A stretch of 8,350 nt of DNA from Clostridiales bacterium UBA5888 (GTDB taxonomy: Bacteria; Bacillota; Clostridia; Oscillospirales; Oscillospiraceae). Positions 1-6,171 of the stretch are shown here, in pieces. The stretch spans positions 7,407 to 15,756 of the forward strand of contig DJEW01000042.1 in NCBI GenBank assembly GCA_002431965.1. The letters are read 5' to 3'. Position 1 is the first letter of the stretch, and each line of letters opens with the position of its first letter. The notes under the pieces are model-generated. The model had not been told where the DNA came from. It worked only from the letters and a program-made list of their open reading frames with translations, and searched no databases. The translations under genes were made by a program, and so were the position numbers.

Positions 1-179
1 AATCCGGCAATGCCGGAAGCATATATCCCTCCGCCCAAAACAACAGTGTCATATGTAATAATTTCATCAATATCGGCTTTTCTTGTTTCCATACACTTAA
101 ATCCGGTCTCTTCCGAGAGCCAGTCAGCGTACCTTTTTGCAGCGCCATATTTCGATTGATACAGGATTACTCCATTCAT
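1..179 (-). CDS. Flavodoxin-domain protein (short flavodoxin-like / HemG-like family). Only the N-terminal 59 codons are present; the gene runs off the window start.
   Basis: Hand translation of the minus strand from ATG (179-177) gives MNGVILYQSKYGAAKRYADWLSEETGFKCMETRKADIDEIITYDTVVLGGGIYASGIAG... The pattern ILYxSKYGxxKxxAxWLxEE ... YDxVVLGGxIYAGxI is typical of short flavodoxin-like proteins. A GAGGAG Shine-Dalgarno site (193-188) lies 8 nt upstream of the ATG. The ORF is absent from the supplied track because it is truncated by the window edge. Confidence 0.6.
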   Translation of the reverse strand, partial: MNGVILYQSKYGAAKRYADWLSEETGFKCMETRKADIDEIITYDTVVLGGGIYASGIAG

Positions 180-227
180 AAATATATCTCCTCAGATTAT
201 GATTGTCTGACTTTTTTATCATAGCAT

Positions 228-256
228 ATTATCGCAAATAAATCCAGCTGTTTCAA
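228..256 (-). promoter_or_regulatory. Putative sigma-70-type promoter for the flavodoxin-like gene
   Basis: On the minus strand, TTGAAA (256-251), a 17 nt spacer, then GATAAT (233-228). The -10 lies about 50 nt upstream of the ATG at 179. This is a motif match only. Confidence 0.45.
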
Positions 257-275
257 TATTCGCGGCTGACTGAAT

Positions 276-304
276 AAAAGGCTCGCCGGGGAGGCGAGCT
301 TTTA
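276..304 (-). terminator. Rho-independent terminator downstream of the surface-protein gene. It overlaps that gene's stop codon and could act in both directions.
   Basis: A perfect 7 bp GC-rich stem, gctcgcc (281-287) with ggcgagc (293-299), and a 5 nt loop. It is flanked by AAAA (276-279) and TTTT (300-303), so either strand reads a hairpin followed by a U-tract. The TAA stop of the 302-1498 CDS is at 302-304. Confidence 0.7.
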
Positions 305-1498
305 TTCATCATCATAATATCTTCTGCGTCTTGCGGCGCGGCGGCGGCGCGCCGCACGCTTCTGCTTCACCGCTGACAGCACCATCAGAATGACCACCAG
401 CGCTACCGCGCCGATGCCCACATAGAGTATCCACCGCCCGCTCTCCGCGGGCTTTACATACTCCACCTCGCGCGTCGTTGTGTAGTCGCACACGCCGCAC
501 TCGCCCGCTTCTTCGCCGGGCTGCTTCTTTGTCGCTTCGCGCGTCTCGGTCCAGCTCATCACGTGCGCCGCCTCGTCGGCTCTGTCGCCGCACTCGCACT
601 CGTGCCAGTGGTGCTCATCGTCATGCTTCCACTCGCGGGAATAGCTGTGCTCATGGTCGGCATCCGTACCCGCAGCGCTGCCGGTGCCGCCGGCGTTTGG
701 CGAAGCTGACGGAGACGGAGCCGCCGTGGGCGTGGGCGTCGGGGTCGGCGAGGGAGTGGGCGACGGTTTTTCGTAGTTGACTTTCAGGGAGGCAGCGTTC
801 GTATCCACAGAGCCGCCGGCGCCGGAGAACGTGCAGTATACCTTTGCCCCATCGAGCTGGCGCGGTATGCTGCGGATGATGAGCTTGCCGAAAGTATCGT
901 CGCTGTACGTCATGGCGGGGTAGGCAGCGACAAGCTGCGTCATGGTGTAGAGCTGCCCGTTCGCATCCTGAATACGCCATTCGCACTTGTCAGCGCCGGA
1001 GGCGGTCGCCACAAAGGAGCACCACCCGCCCTCGTCCACGGTCTCGCCGCCGGGGTGCTTTATCACGGTAGGCGCCCAGAGCTCCGGCGTATAGGTGCGC
1101 GTGAGAATTATATAGCTTCCACCGTCGTATATTACATAGTCCACAGGGGAATTGTTGAGGTAAGCGGCAAGCCCGTCGGCAAAATAGTACCCGGGCGCGG
1201 CGTCAAGGCGGATGTTCACCGTGGCATAATCCGTGGTGAATGCGCCGTCTATATACTGCCCGGCGCTGTCGTACCAGCTTATACCGTAGAAATACGCGCC
1301 GGATGTGCTCGTCGCGCCGCTTATGTCATATGCATTCTGCGACGCGACCGGCACCGTGGAGGTCGTGGCGAGCACCTTTTCTATCGGCTGATACCCGTAC
1401 TCCGCGGCATAAGCCGCCGCGGGGGCGCAAAGGGAAAAGAGCGCGATCACGCACGCCGCTGCGATCACAAGCGGCACTGCCCGTTTTGTTCTGCTCAT
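302..1498 (-). CDS. Secreted, C-terminally membrane-anchored surface protein of unknown function. Layout: signal peptide, Tyr/Gly-rich N-terminal domain, Ig-like domain, Pro/Thr/Ser linker, His/Cys-rich juxtamembrane module, transmembrane helix, Arg-rich tail.
   Basis: This is the 400 aa ORF in the track (302-1504). The track start at 1504 is a GTG only 2 nt after GGAGG. The ATG at 1498 lies 8 nt after GGAGG (1511-1507), so it is the preferred start. Elements seen (residue numbers follow the track translation):
- N-terminal signal peptide: KRAVPLVIAAACVIALFSLCAPAAAYA followed by AE.
- Ig-like spacing: C162, 13 residues, W175, ... LDGAKVYC224.
- Linker: PSPTPSPTPTPTPTAAPSPSASP.
- His/Cys module: HEHSYSREWKHDDEHHWHECECG...CGVC.
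- Hydrophobic helix: WILYVGIGAVALVVILMVLSAV.
- Tail: KQKRAARRRRAARRRRYYDDE.
The positive-inside rule places the bulk of the protein outside the cell. Confidence 0.85.
   Translation of the reverse strand: MSRTKRAVPLVIAAACVIALFSLCAPAAAYAAEYGYQPIEKVLATTSTVPVASQNAYDISGATSTSGAYFYGISWYDSAGQYIDGAFTTDYATVNIRLDAAPGYYFADGLAAYLNNSPVDYVIYDGGSYIILTRTYTPELWAPTVIKHPGGETVDEGGWCSFVATASGADKCEWRIQDANGQLYTMTQLVAAYPAMTYSDDTFGKLIIRSIPRQLDGAKVYCTFSGAGGSVDTNAASLKVNYEKPSPTPSPTPTPTPTAAPSPSASPNAGGTGSAAGTDADHEHSYSREWKHDDEHHWHECECGDRADEAAHVMSWTETREATKKQPGEEAGECGVCDYTTTREVEYVKPAESGRWILYVGIGAVALVVILMVLSAVKQKRAARRRRAARRRRYYDDE
656..772 (-). repeat. Low-complexity coding tract for a Pro/Thr/Ser/Ala/Gly-rich interdomain linker (imperfect short repeats)
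   Basis: It encodes EKPSPTPSPTPTPTPTAAPSPSASPNAGGTGSAAGTDAD, residues 245-283 of the track translation. The DNA shows degenerate ggcgtg/ggggtc-type reiterations at about 721-765. These are not perfect tandem repeats. Confidence 0.7.
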
Positions 1499-1569
1499 GG
1501 ACACATCCTCCTTGTTCTGTTCTATATAATATCTTGACTCCTTTTTTACACCTGATGTTTCATACTTAT

Positions 1570-1599
1570 ATTATATAATTTACCACCTGCCCCGGTCAA
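1570..1599 (-). promoter_or_regulatory. Putative sigma-70-type promoter for the surface-protein gene
   Basis: On the minus strand, TTGACC (1599-1594), an 18 nt spacer, then TATAAT (1575-1570). It sits in an AT-rich intergenic island and would give a 5' UTR of roughly 65 nt ahead of the AAGGAGG site and the ATG at 1498. Motif match only. Confidence 0.5.
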
Positions 1600-1607
1600 G
1601 TGAAATA

Positions 1608-1636
1608 TTGACGCGGAGGGGCGCAAATATTATAAT
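1608..1636 (+). promoter_or_regulatory. Putative sigma-70-type promoter for mnmG-tatD
   Basis: TTGACG (1608-1613), a 17 nt spacer, then a perfect TATAAT (1631-1636). It lies inside the upstream open extension of the mnmG ORF, and the -10 box overlaps the alternative ATG at 1635. This argues that translation starts at ATG 1683. Confidence 0.55.
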
Positions 1637-1682
1637 GGTTTATCAAAATTATGAGTTTTCAGAAAGCACAGGTGTTCTCCAT

Positions 1683-3557
1683 ATGATCAGGTACGACGCG
1701 GGAAAATGCGATATTGCCGTTATCGGCGCGGGGCACGCGGGCATAGAAGCCGCGCTCGCGGCGGCGAGGCTCGGGCTGGATACGGTGTGCTTCACGGTCA
1801 ACCTTGATTCCGTTGGCAATATGCCCTGCAACCCCGCCATCGGCGGCACGGGCAAGGGGCATCTCGTGCGCGAGCTGGATGCGCTCGGCGGCGAGATGGC
1901 AAAGGCGGCGGACAAGGCCTGCATACAGTACCGTATGCTCAACCTCGGCAAAGGTCCGGCGGTGCATTCTCTGCGCGCGCAGGCGGACAGGCGGCGGTAT
2001 CAGGAGGTCATGAAGCACACTCTTGAGCTTCAGCCGGGTCTCCGCGTCAAGCAGGCGGAGGTCGTGGACATAGGCGTGGATGACGGGCGTGTCGTCAGCA
2101 TAACGACGCACACAGGCGCGGTTTATGGCTGCCGCGCGGTGGTGCTGGCGACAGGAACATATCTCGCCGGGCGCACCATCGTGGGCGAGGTGCTGCGCAC
2201 CTCCGGACCGGACGGACTTGCCGCGGCGACGGCGCTCGCTCCGCGGCTGCGTGAGCTGGGGCTGAATATGCGCCGGTTCAAAACCGGCACTCCCCCCCGC
2301 GTCAACGCCCGCTCCGTCGATTTTTCAAAAATGGAGCTTCAGCCCGGCGACGCCGAGCCTGAGGCATTCTCCTTTTCCACAAAGACAGCCCCTGCAAACT
2401 CCGCCGTGTGCTATCTCACATATACGAACGAACGCACCCATGACATAATCCGCGCGCATCTTGACCGCAGCCCCATATACTCCGGCGTTATCGAGGGCGT
2501 CGGTCCGCGCTACTGCCCCAGCATTGAAACAAAGGTCATGACATTTGCCGGCAAGCCCCGCCATCAGCTCTTTGTCGAGCCGATGGGGCTGAACACGGAG
2601 GAGCTTTACATACAGGGCTTCTCCTCGTCCATGCCAGAGGAGGTACAGATAGAAATGCTGCACAGCGTAGCCGGGCTGGAGCACGCTGAAATGACGCGCT
2701 GCGCCTACGCGATAGAGTACGACTGCATCGACCCCACGGAGCTTTACGCAACGCTCGAATGCAAGAAGATCGCGGGGCTGTACGGCGCGGGGCAGTTCAA
2801 CGGCTCGTCGGGCTATGAGGAGGCCGCGGTGCAGGGCTTTGTGGCGGGCGTCAACGCGGCGCTGAAGCTCAAGGGCGAGGCACCGATGGTCCTGAAGCGG
2901 TCTGACGGCTATATCGGCACGCTCATCGACGATTTGGTCACCAAGGGCACGAACGAGCCCTATCGCATCATGACCTCGCGCTCGGAATACCGGCTCCTGC
3001 ACCGGCAGGACAATGCCGATGAGCGATTGAGTCCCATCGGCCACCGCATCGGGCTGATTTCCGATGCGCAGTATGAAGCCGTGCAGGAAAAATACCGCGC
3101 GGTCGCCGCGGAGATCAAACGCCTGGAGGCCACGGGCGTGGCAGAAAGCGACACCCTCAACGACATGCTTCGCGCGCACGACACTGCGCCGGTCGAGGGC
3201 TCGGCCCGCCTGTCCGACCTCGTCCGCCGCCCGCAGCTGGGCTATGACGATCTGGCGCCCTTTGACCCGGAGCGGCCGGCGCTGCCCGCCGTGGTTCGCG
3301 AGGCCGTGGAGATCCGGATGAAATACGCGGGCTACATCGCCCGCCAGCAGAAGCAGGTCGAGGAATTTGCCCGCGAGGAGGGCAGGCTCCTGCCGAAGAC
3401 GATCGACTATCTTTCCATGCAGGGCCTGCGCGTCGAGGCGCGGCAGAAGCTCGATGAGATCCGGCCCCTGTCCGTCGGGCAGGCCAGCCGCATCTCGGGC
3501 GTCTCGCCCGCGGATATCGCGGTGCTGCTCATCTGGCTGGAGCAGAATAAGGAGTAA
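1683..3557 (+). CDS. mnmG: tRNA uridine 5-carboxymethylaminomethyl modification enzyme MnmG (GidA)
   Basis: The translation carries the MnmG N-terminal FAD-binding fold (DIAVIGAGHAGIEAALAAARLG). It also has the family motifs NPAIGGTGKGHLVRELDALGG, RFKTGTPPR, GPRYCPSIE, LFVEPMG, QGFSSS, AGQFNGSSGYEEAAVQG and EPYRIMTSRSEYRL, plus the C-terminal GIDA-associated helical domain ending SGVSPADIAVLLIWLE. The start is set at ATG 1683 (MIRYDAGKCDIAVIGAGHAG), which matches the usual distance to the GxGxxG motif and has aGGTG 8 nt upstream. The track start, TTG 1608, and ATG 1635 are less likely. Confidence 0.95.
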   Translation: MIRYDAGKCDIAVIGAGHAGIEAALAAARLGLDTVCFTVNLDSVGNMPCNPAIGGTGKGHLVRELDALGGEMAKAADKACIQYRMLNLGKGPAVHSLRAQADRRRYQEVMKHTLELQPGLRVKQAEVVDIGVDDGRVVSITTHTGAVYGCRAVVLATGTYLAGRTIVGEVLRTSGPDGLAAATALAPRLRELGLNMRRFKTGTPPRVNARSVDFSKMELQPGDAEPEAFSFSTKTAPANSAVCYLTYTNERTHDIIRAHLDRSPIYSGVIEGVGPRYCPSIETKVMTFAGKPRHQLFVEPMGLNTEELYIQGFSSSMPEEVQIEMLHSVAGLEHAEMTRCAYAIEYDCIDPTELYATLECKKIAGLYGAGQFNGSSGYEEAAVQGFVAGVNAALKLKGEAPMVLKRSDGYIGTLIDDLVTKGTNEPYRIMTSRSEYRLLHRQDNADERLSPIGHRIGLISDAQYEAVQEKYRAVAAEIKRLEATGVAESDTLNDMLRAHDTAPVEGSARLSDLVRRPQLGYDDLAPFDPERPALPAVVREAVEIRMKYAGYIARQQKQVEEFAREEGRLLPKTIDYLSMQGLRVEARQKLDEIRPLSVGQASRISGVSPADIAVLLIWLEQNKE

Positions 3558-3560
3558 GGT

Positions 3561-4319
3561 ATGTATTTTGATTCACACGCACATCTGACCGAGGACTGTT
3601 TTGCACAGGACTTTGACGCCATTGTGGAAAATATGAAGGCTGCGTCTGTTACCGGCATGATGGAGATCGGCTATGATCTGCCGTCGTCGGAAAAGGCGGT
3701 GCAGCTGGCCGAGCGCTTTGACTGGGTCCACGCCGCCGTCGGCAGCCACCCGGACGACGCCGCGCAGGTGGACGAGGCGCGGATCGCCGTCTACCGCGAG
3801 CTGTGCAAAAACCCGCGCGTGAAGGCCATCGGCGAGATCGGCCTGGACTATCACTACGAGGATCCCCCGCGGGACGTGCAGCAGCGGGCCTTCCGCCTGC
3901 AGATGGCGCTGGCGCAGGAGCTCTCCATGCCCGTCGTCATCCATGAGCGCAAGGCGCATGAGGACGGGCTGCGCATCATCGACGAGTTCCCGGACGTGAA
4001 GGGCGTGTTCCACTGCTTTTCCGGCAGCTATGAGATGGCAAAGGAGCTGATCAGGCGCGGCTGGTGCATTGGTTTTACCGGCGTCGTGACGTTCAAGAAT
4101 GCGCACAAGGCTGTGGAGGTCGCGCAGAACATCCCGCTGGACCGCATCCTCATCGAGACCGACTGCCCCTACATGGCCCCGGAGCCCTTCCGCGGCCGCC
4201 GCTGCGACCCCAGCCTGGTCCCGTACGTGGCCAAAAAGATCGCGGACCTCCGCGGCATCCCCGCCAAAGAAGTCGCCCGCGCAACCGAATCCAACGCCCG
4301 CCGGGTATTCCGCCTCTGA
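3561..4319 (+). CDS. tatD: TatD-family metal-dependent hydrolase / deoxyribonuclease (YabD-like)
   Basis: A 252 aa protein with the canonical TatD signature: N-terminal FDSHAHL, AIGEIGLDYHY, PVVIHERKAHED, GVFHCFSGS, GFTGVVTFKNA and LIETDCPYMAP. AAGGAG (3549-3554) lies 6 nt upstream of the ATG, inside the last codons of mnmG. Only 3 nt separate the mnmG stop from this ATG. Confidence 0.93.
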   Translation: MYFDSHAHLTEDCFAQDFDAIVENMKAASVTGMMEIGYDLPSSEKAVQLAERFDWVHAAVGSHPDDAAQVDEARIAVYRELCKNPRVKAIGEIGLDYHYEDPPRDVQQRAFRLQMALAQELSMPVVIHERKAHEDGLRIIDEFPDVKGVFHCFSGSYEMAKELIRRGWCIGFTGVVTFKNAHKAVEVAQNIPLDRILIETDCPYMAPEPFRGRRCDPSLVPYVAKKIADLRGIPAKEVARATESNARRVFRL

Positions 4320-4327
4320 CGCACCCC

Positions 4328-4354
4328 AAGGCTCCCCTGAGAGGGGAGCCTTTT
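4328..4354. terminator. Bidirectional rho-independent terminator between the convergent genes tatD and azlD
   Basis: A 9 bp stem, ggctcccct (4330-4338) with aggggagcc (4342-4350), extendable by AA/TT (4328-4329 with 4351-4352). On the plus strand it is followed by TTTT (4351-4354); the U-tract on the minus strand is weaker. It occupies most of the 41 nt gap between the two stop codons. Confidence 0.8.
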
Positions 4355-4360
4355 GGGCGC

Positions 4361-4690
4361 TTAGACGAAGACATACCGGATCAGGAGCATGTAGGTGATC
4401 GTGCCGGCGGCGATGGAGAGGAGCATGTTGCGCTTCCAGAGATGGAGGCCGGCGGTGATGAAGATGCCGATAAGCTCCGGCAGGCCGTAGCTGTAGCGGC
4501 GGAAGGAGACGGATTTCAGGCAGTAGACGACCAGCATCGAGAAGATAGCGCCGGGCAGAACTTTCCCGAGATACTGCACGAATGCCGGTGTCTTCCGGTG
4601 CTCATTGAAGATCAGAAACGGTACGAACCGCGTCAGCTGCGTGCCGAGCACGCACAGGGCGATGGTGATGATTTGCTGGGTAAGAGTCAT
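4361..4690 (-). CDS. azlD: Branched-chain amino acid exporter small subunit, AzlD family
   Basis: The 109 aa product [28 protein letters not shown]...[15 protein letters not shown]...[36 protein letters not shown] is a small, very hydrophobic protein with the AzlD-like pattern (T-x-L-x-R-x-x-PF near the N-terminus). The start is set at ATG 4690, which overlaps the azlC TGA stop (ATGA, 4687-4690). GGAG lies about 10 nt upstream. The 57-codon extension in the track (to 4861) lies wholly inside azlC and is rejected. Confidence 0.85.
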   Translation of the reverse strand: MTLTQQIITIALCVLGTQLTRFVPFLIFNEHRKTPAFVQYLGKVLPGAIFSMLVVYCLKSVSFRRYSYGLPELIGIFITAGLHLWKRNMLLSIAAGTITYMLLIRYVFV

Positions 4691-5397
4691 TGCAGATACG
4701 CTCCATATTTGTCGGTGATCGGTTTTCTGAGGAAGGACAGGGCGGCGAGGATGCAGACCATGGTCGGGATGAGGAAGCTGTCCGAGCCGAAGAGCAGAAG
4801 ACAGCCCACGGCCGCGGCGAAGCCGATCAGCTCGCTGAAATGCCGCTGCTCCTTCATCCACTGCTCCATGAAAATGACGACGAACATGGCCGTCATGACA
4901 AAGTCGAGCCCCGTCGTGTCAAAGTGGATGAGACTGCCGAGCAGCCCACCGATCGTCGCGCCGCTGACCCAGTAGAGCTGGTTGAGCAGCGTCACGAAGA
5001 AATAAAACCACCCGCGGTCGACGCCGTCGGGGATCTTCGCCGTGTAGTTGATGCTGAAGGTCTCGTCGCACATGGCGTAGATCAGGTAATATTTTTTCGG
5101 CCCGAGATTTTTGTATTTTTCCAGCATGGAGATGCCGTAGAACAGATGCCGCGCCTGGATCATCAGCGTCATCAGAAACGTCTGCAGCGGCGCGTAGGGC
5201 GACAAAAGCATGCTGACCGCCACAAATTCCAGACTGCCGCCGTAGATCACAGCGCTCATGACCATTGGATAGACGAAGGAAAAGCCGGAAACGCTCATAT
5301 TGATGCCGTAGGCCAGCGCCAGAAACCAGAATCCGGCGAAGATCGGCACCGTATAGGGAAACGCCGCGCGCAGGGCGGCGAGCTTGCTGTTTTTCAT
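4687..5397 (-). CDS. azlC: Branched-chain amino acid exporter large subunit, AzlC family
   Basis: A 236 aa polytopic membrane protein. The N-terminus ([23 protein letters not shown]), [23 protein letters not shown], the FSINYT-containing loop and [12 protein letters not shown] fit the AzlC family. Its position directly upstream of azlD, with a 4 nt overlap, is the canonical azlCD arrangement. Confidence 0.9.
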   Translation of the reverse strand: MKNSKLAALRAAFPYTVPIFAGFWFLALAYGINMSVSGFSFVYPMVMSAVIYGGSLEFVAVSMLLSPYAPLQTFLMTLMIQARHLFYGISMLEKYKNLGPKKYYLIYAMCDETFSINYTAKIPDGVDRGWFYFFVTLLNQLYWVSGATIGGLLGSLIHFDTTGLDFVMTAMFVVIFMEQWMKEQRHFSELIGFAAAVGCLLLFGSDSFLIPTMVCILAALSFLRKPITDKYGAYLQ

Positions 5398-5409
5398 GGG
5401 TTTGTTTGG

Positions 5410-6045
5410 TTACTCCAGATCGTTGATCTTCTGCTGCAGGGCTTCATAGAACCGGCCGAGATGCACGCCGTCGACAAAGCGGTGGTTGACCTCGATGGAG
5501 AGGCCCAGCGTCTCGCGGCCGCCCTGCCGGACGTATTTGCCCCAGGTGATGCGGGGGATGGCGTCGTCCTTGTCAAAATTCCGCTCGTTCGTGCAGCAGG
5601 TAAGGTCGAACCACGGCAGGCAGGAGAGATAGACGAGGTCATCGGTCTCTGATGCAGACTCGAGAAACGCGGTCTGCCGCTCGCTTTTTTCCTTTGCCGC
5701 GCGGCAGAAGGCGGGAAGCGAGGGGTCCCAGGGAACGGTGAGGATCCGGAACTGCTTGCTGCCCTTTTTCAGCTCCGTAAAGCTCGGCGTGCGCGCCGGG
5801 AGCAGATACACCTCGCCGCCGCGGAGGGTATAGCGCAGGTTTTCCGTCTCGTTGACGGCCTGCGTGACGAGCCAGACCATGGAATGATAAAATGACAACC
5901 CATTGGCTTTGGTATAGGCGTGCAGCGCCGTGACGTCCACGCGGAAGCAGACGCTGTAGAACGGCTGGTCGAGCGAGGAGAAAAAGGCAAAGCTCTCGCT
6001 TCTCGGCCACTGCGCCGGATCGATCTTCTGACAAGGAACGGACAT
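5410..6045 (-). CDS. Chloramphenicol-acetyltransferase-family (type A CAT-like) acetyltransferase; true substrate unknown
   Basis: The 211 aa product aligns by eye along the whole length of classical CAT:
- IDPAQWPRSESFAFF against IDxxxWxRxEHFxFY.
- FYHSMVWLVTQAVNETENLR against FYPxxIYLxxxAVNxxxELR.
- LSCLPWFDL against ISSLPWVSF.
- PRITWGKY against PVFTMGKY.
- SIEVNHRFVDGVHLGRF against SVQVHHAVCDGFHxARF, keeping the catalytic His and the following Asp.
The start is set at ATG 6045, 7 nt after AGGAGG (6058-6053). The ATG at 6051 is only 1 nt from the SD site. The track extension to 6228 has no support. Confidence 0.85.
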   Translation of the reverse strand: MSVPCQKIDPAQWPRSESFAFFSSLDQPFYSVCFRVDVTALHAYTKANGLSFYHSMVWLVTQAVNETENLRYTLRGGEVYLLPARTPSFTELKKGSKQFRILTVPWDPSLPAFCRAAKEKSERQTAFLESASETDDLVYLSCLPWFDLTCCTNERNFDKDDAIPRITWGKYVRQGGRETLGLSIEVNHRFVDGVHLGRFYEALQQKINDLE

Positions 6046-6133
6046 AAACATACCTCCTGACCGGGTGATCTCTATCAATAGTCTAGCAGATTTATAGGCA
6101 AAAGAAAAGTCCGAAATCGGGCGCCAGCATACG

Positions 6134-6171
6134 AAAAAAAGCACAGTCTGACCGCCCGGACTGTGCTTTTT
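6134..6171 (-). terminator. Strong rho-independent terminator downstream of the MATE / alarmone-synthetase unit and upstream of the CAT-azlCD cluster (symmetrical A/T tracts)
   Basis: A 10 bp stem, gcacagtctg (6141-6150) with cggactgtgc (6157-6166), including one G-U pair, and a 6 nt loop. It is flanked by A7 (6134-6140) and T5 (6167-6171). On the minus strand this reads as a hairpin followed by UUUUUUU. Confidence 0.8.

Noticed and set aside
656-772. The Pro/Thr-coding tract as a phase-variable or contingency tandem repeat
   Set aside because: The DNA repeats are short and degenerate (no perfect unit repeated three or more times), and the tract is in frame. It looks like an ordinary low-complexity linker, although length polymorphism between strains is possible.
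312-1578. ORFs overlapping the surface-protein gene (312-599, 478-780, 651-986, 1055-1537, 1240-1578)
   Set aside because: They are Arg-rich nonsense translations in alternative frames of a GC-rich gene. Only the 302-1498 frame shows a signal peptide, domain structure, TM helix, SD site and terminator.
1608-1682. Upstream starts for mnmG (TTG 1608 in the track; ATG 1635 preceded by GGAGGGG at 1615-1621)
   Set aside because: GGAGG lies about 15 nt from ATG 1635, which is too far. The stretch also contains a near-consensus promoter (TTGACG-17-TATAAT) whose -10 box overlaps ATG 1635. MnmG homologues begin only a few residues before the GxGxxG motif, as with ATG 1683. The start is still not certain.
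1649-4106. Minus-strand ORFs inside mnmG and tatD (for example 2325-3179, 284 aa; 1659-2111; 3573-4106) and off-frame plus-strand ORFs (1804-2013, 3064-3321, 3367-3588)
   Set aside because: They are shadow ORFs of the strongly supported mnmG and tatD frames. They are compositionally biased (Arg/Ala/Leu-rich) and have no SD sites or family motifs.
4691-4861. A 57-codon upstream extension of the azlD ORF
   Set aside because: It lies entirely within azlC in another frame and reads as an Arg/Gly/Pro-rich string. The ATG at 4690 gives a typical AzlD of about 109 aa and the canonical ATGA overlap with azlC.
4064-5652. Two long plus-strand ORFs (4064-4975, 303 aa; 4690-5652, 320 aa) running antisense to azlD, azlC and the CAT-like gene
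   Set aside because: Their translations are Arg/Pro/Gly/Asp/His-rich low-complexity strings with no recognisable motifs. They are the mirror frames of well-supported minus-strand membrane-protein genes in about 60% GC DNA, where long stop-free antisense frames are expected.
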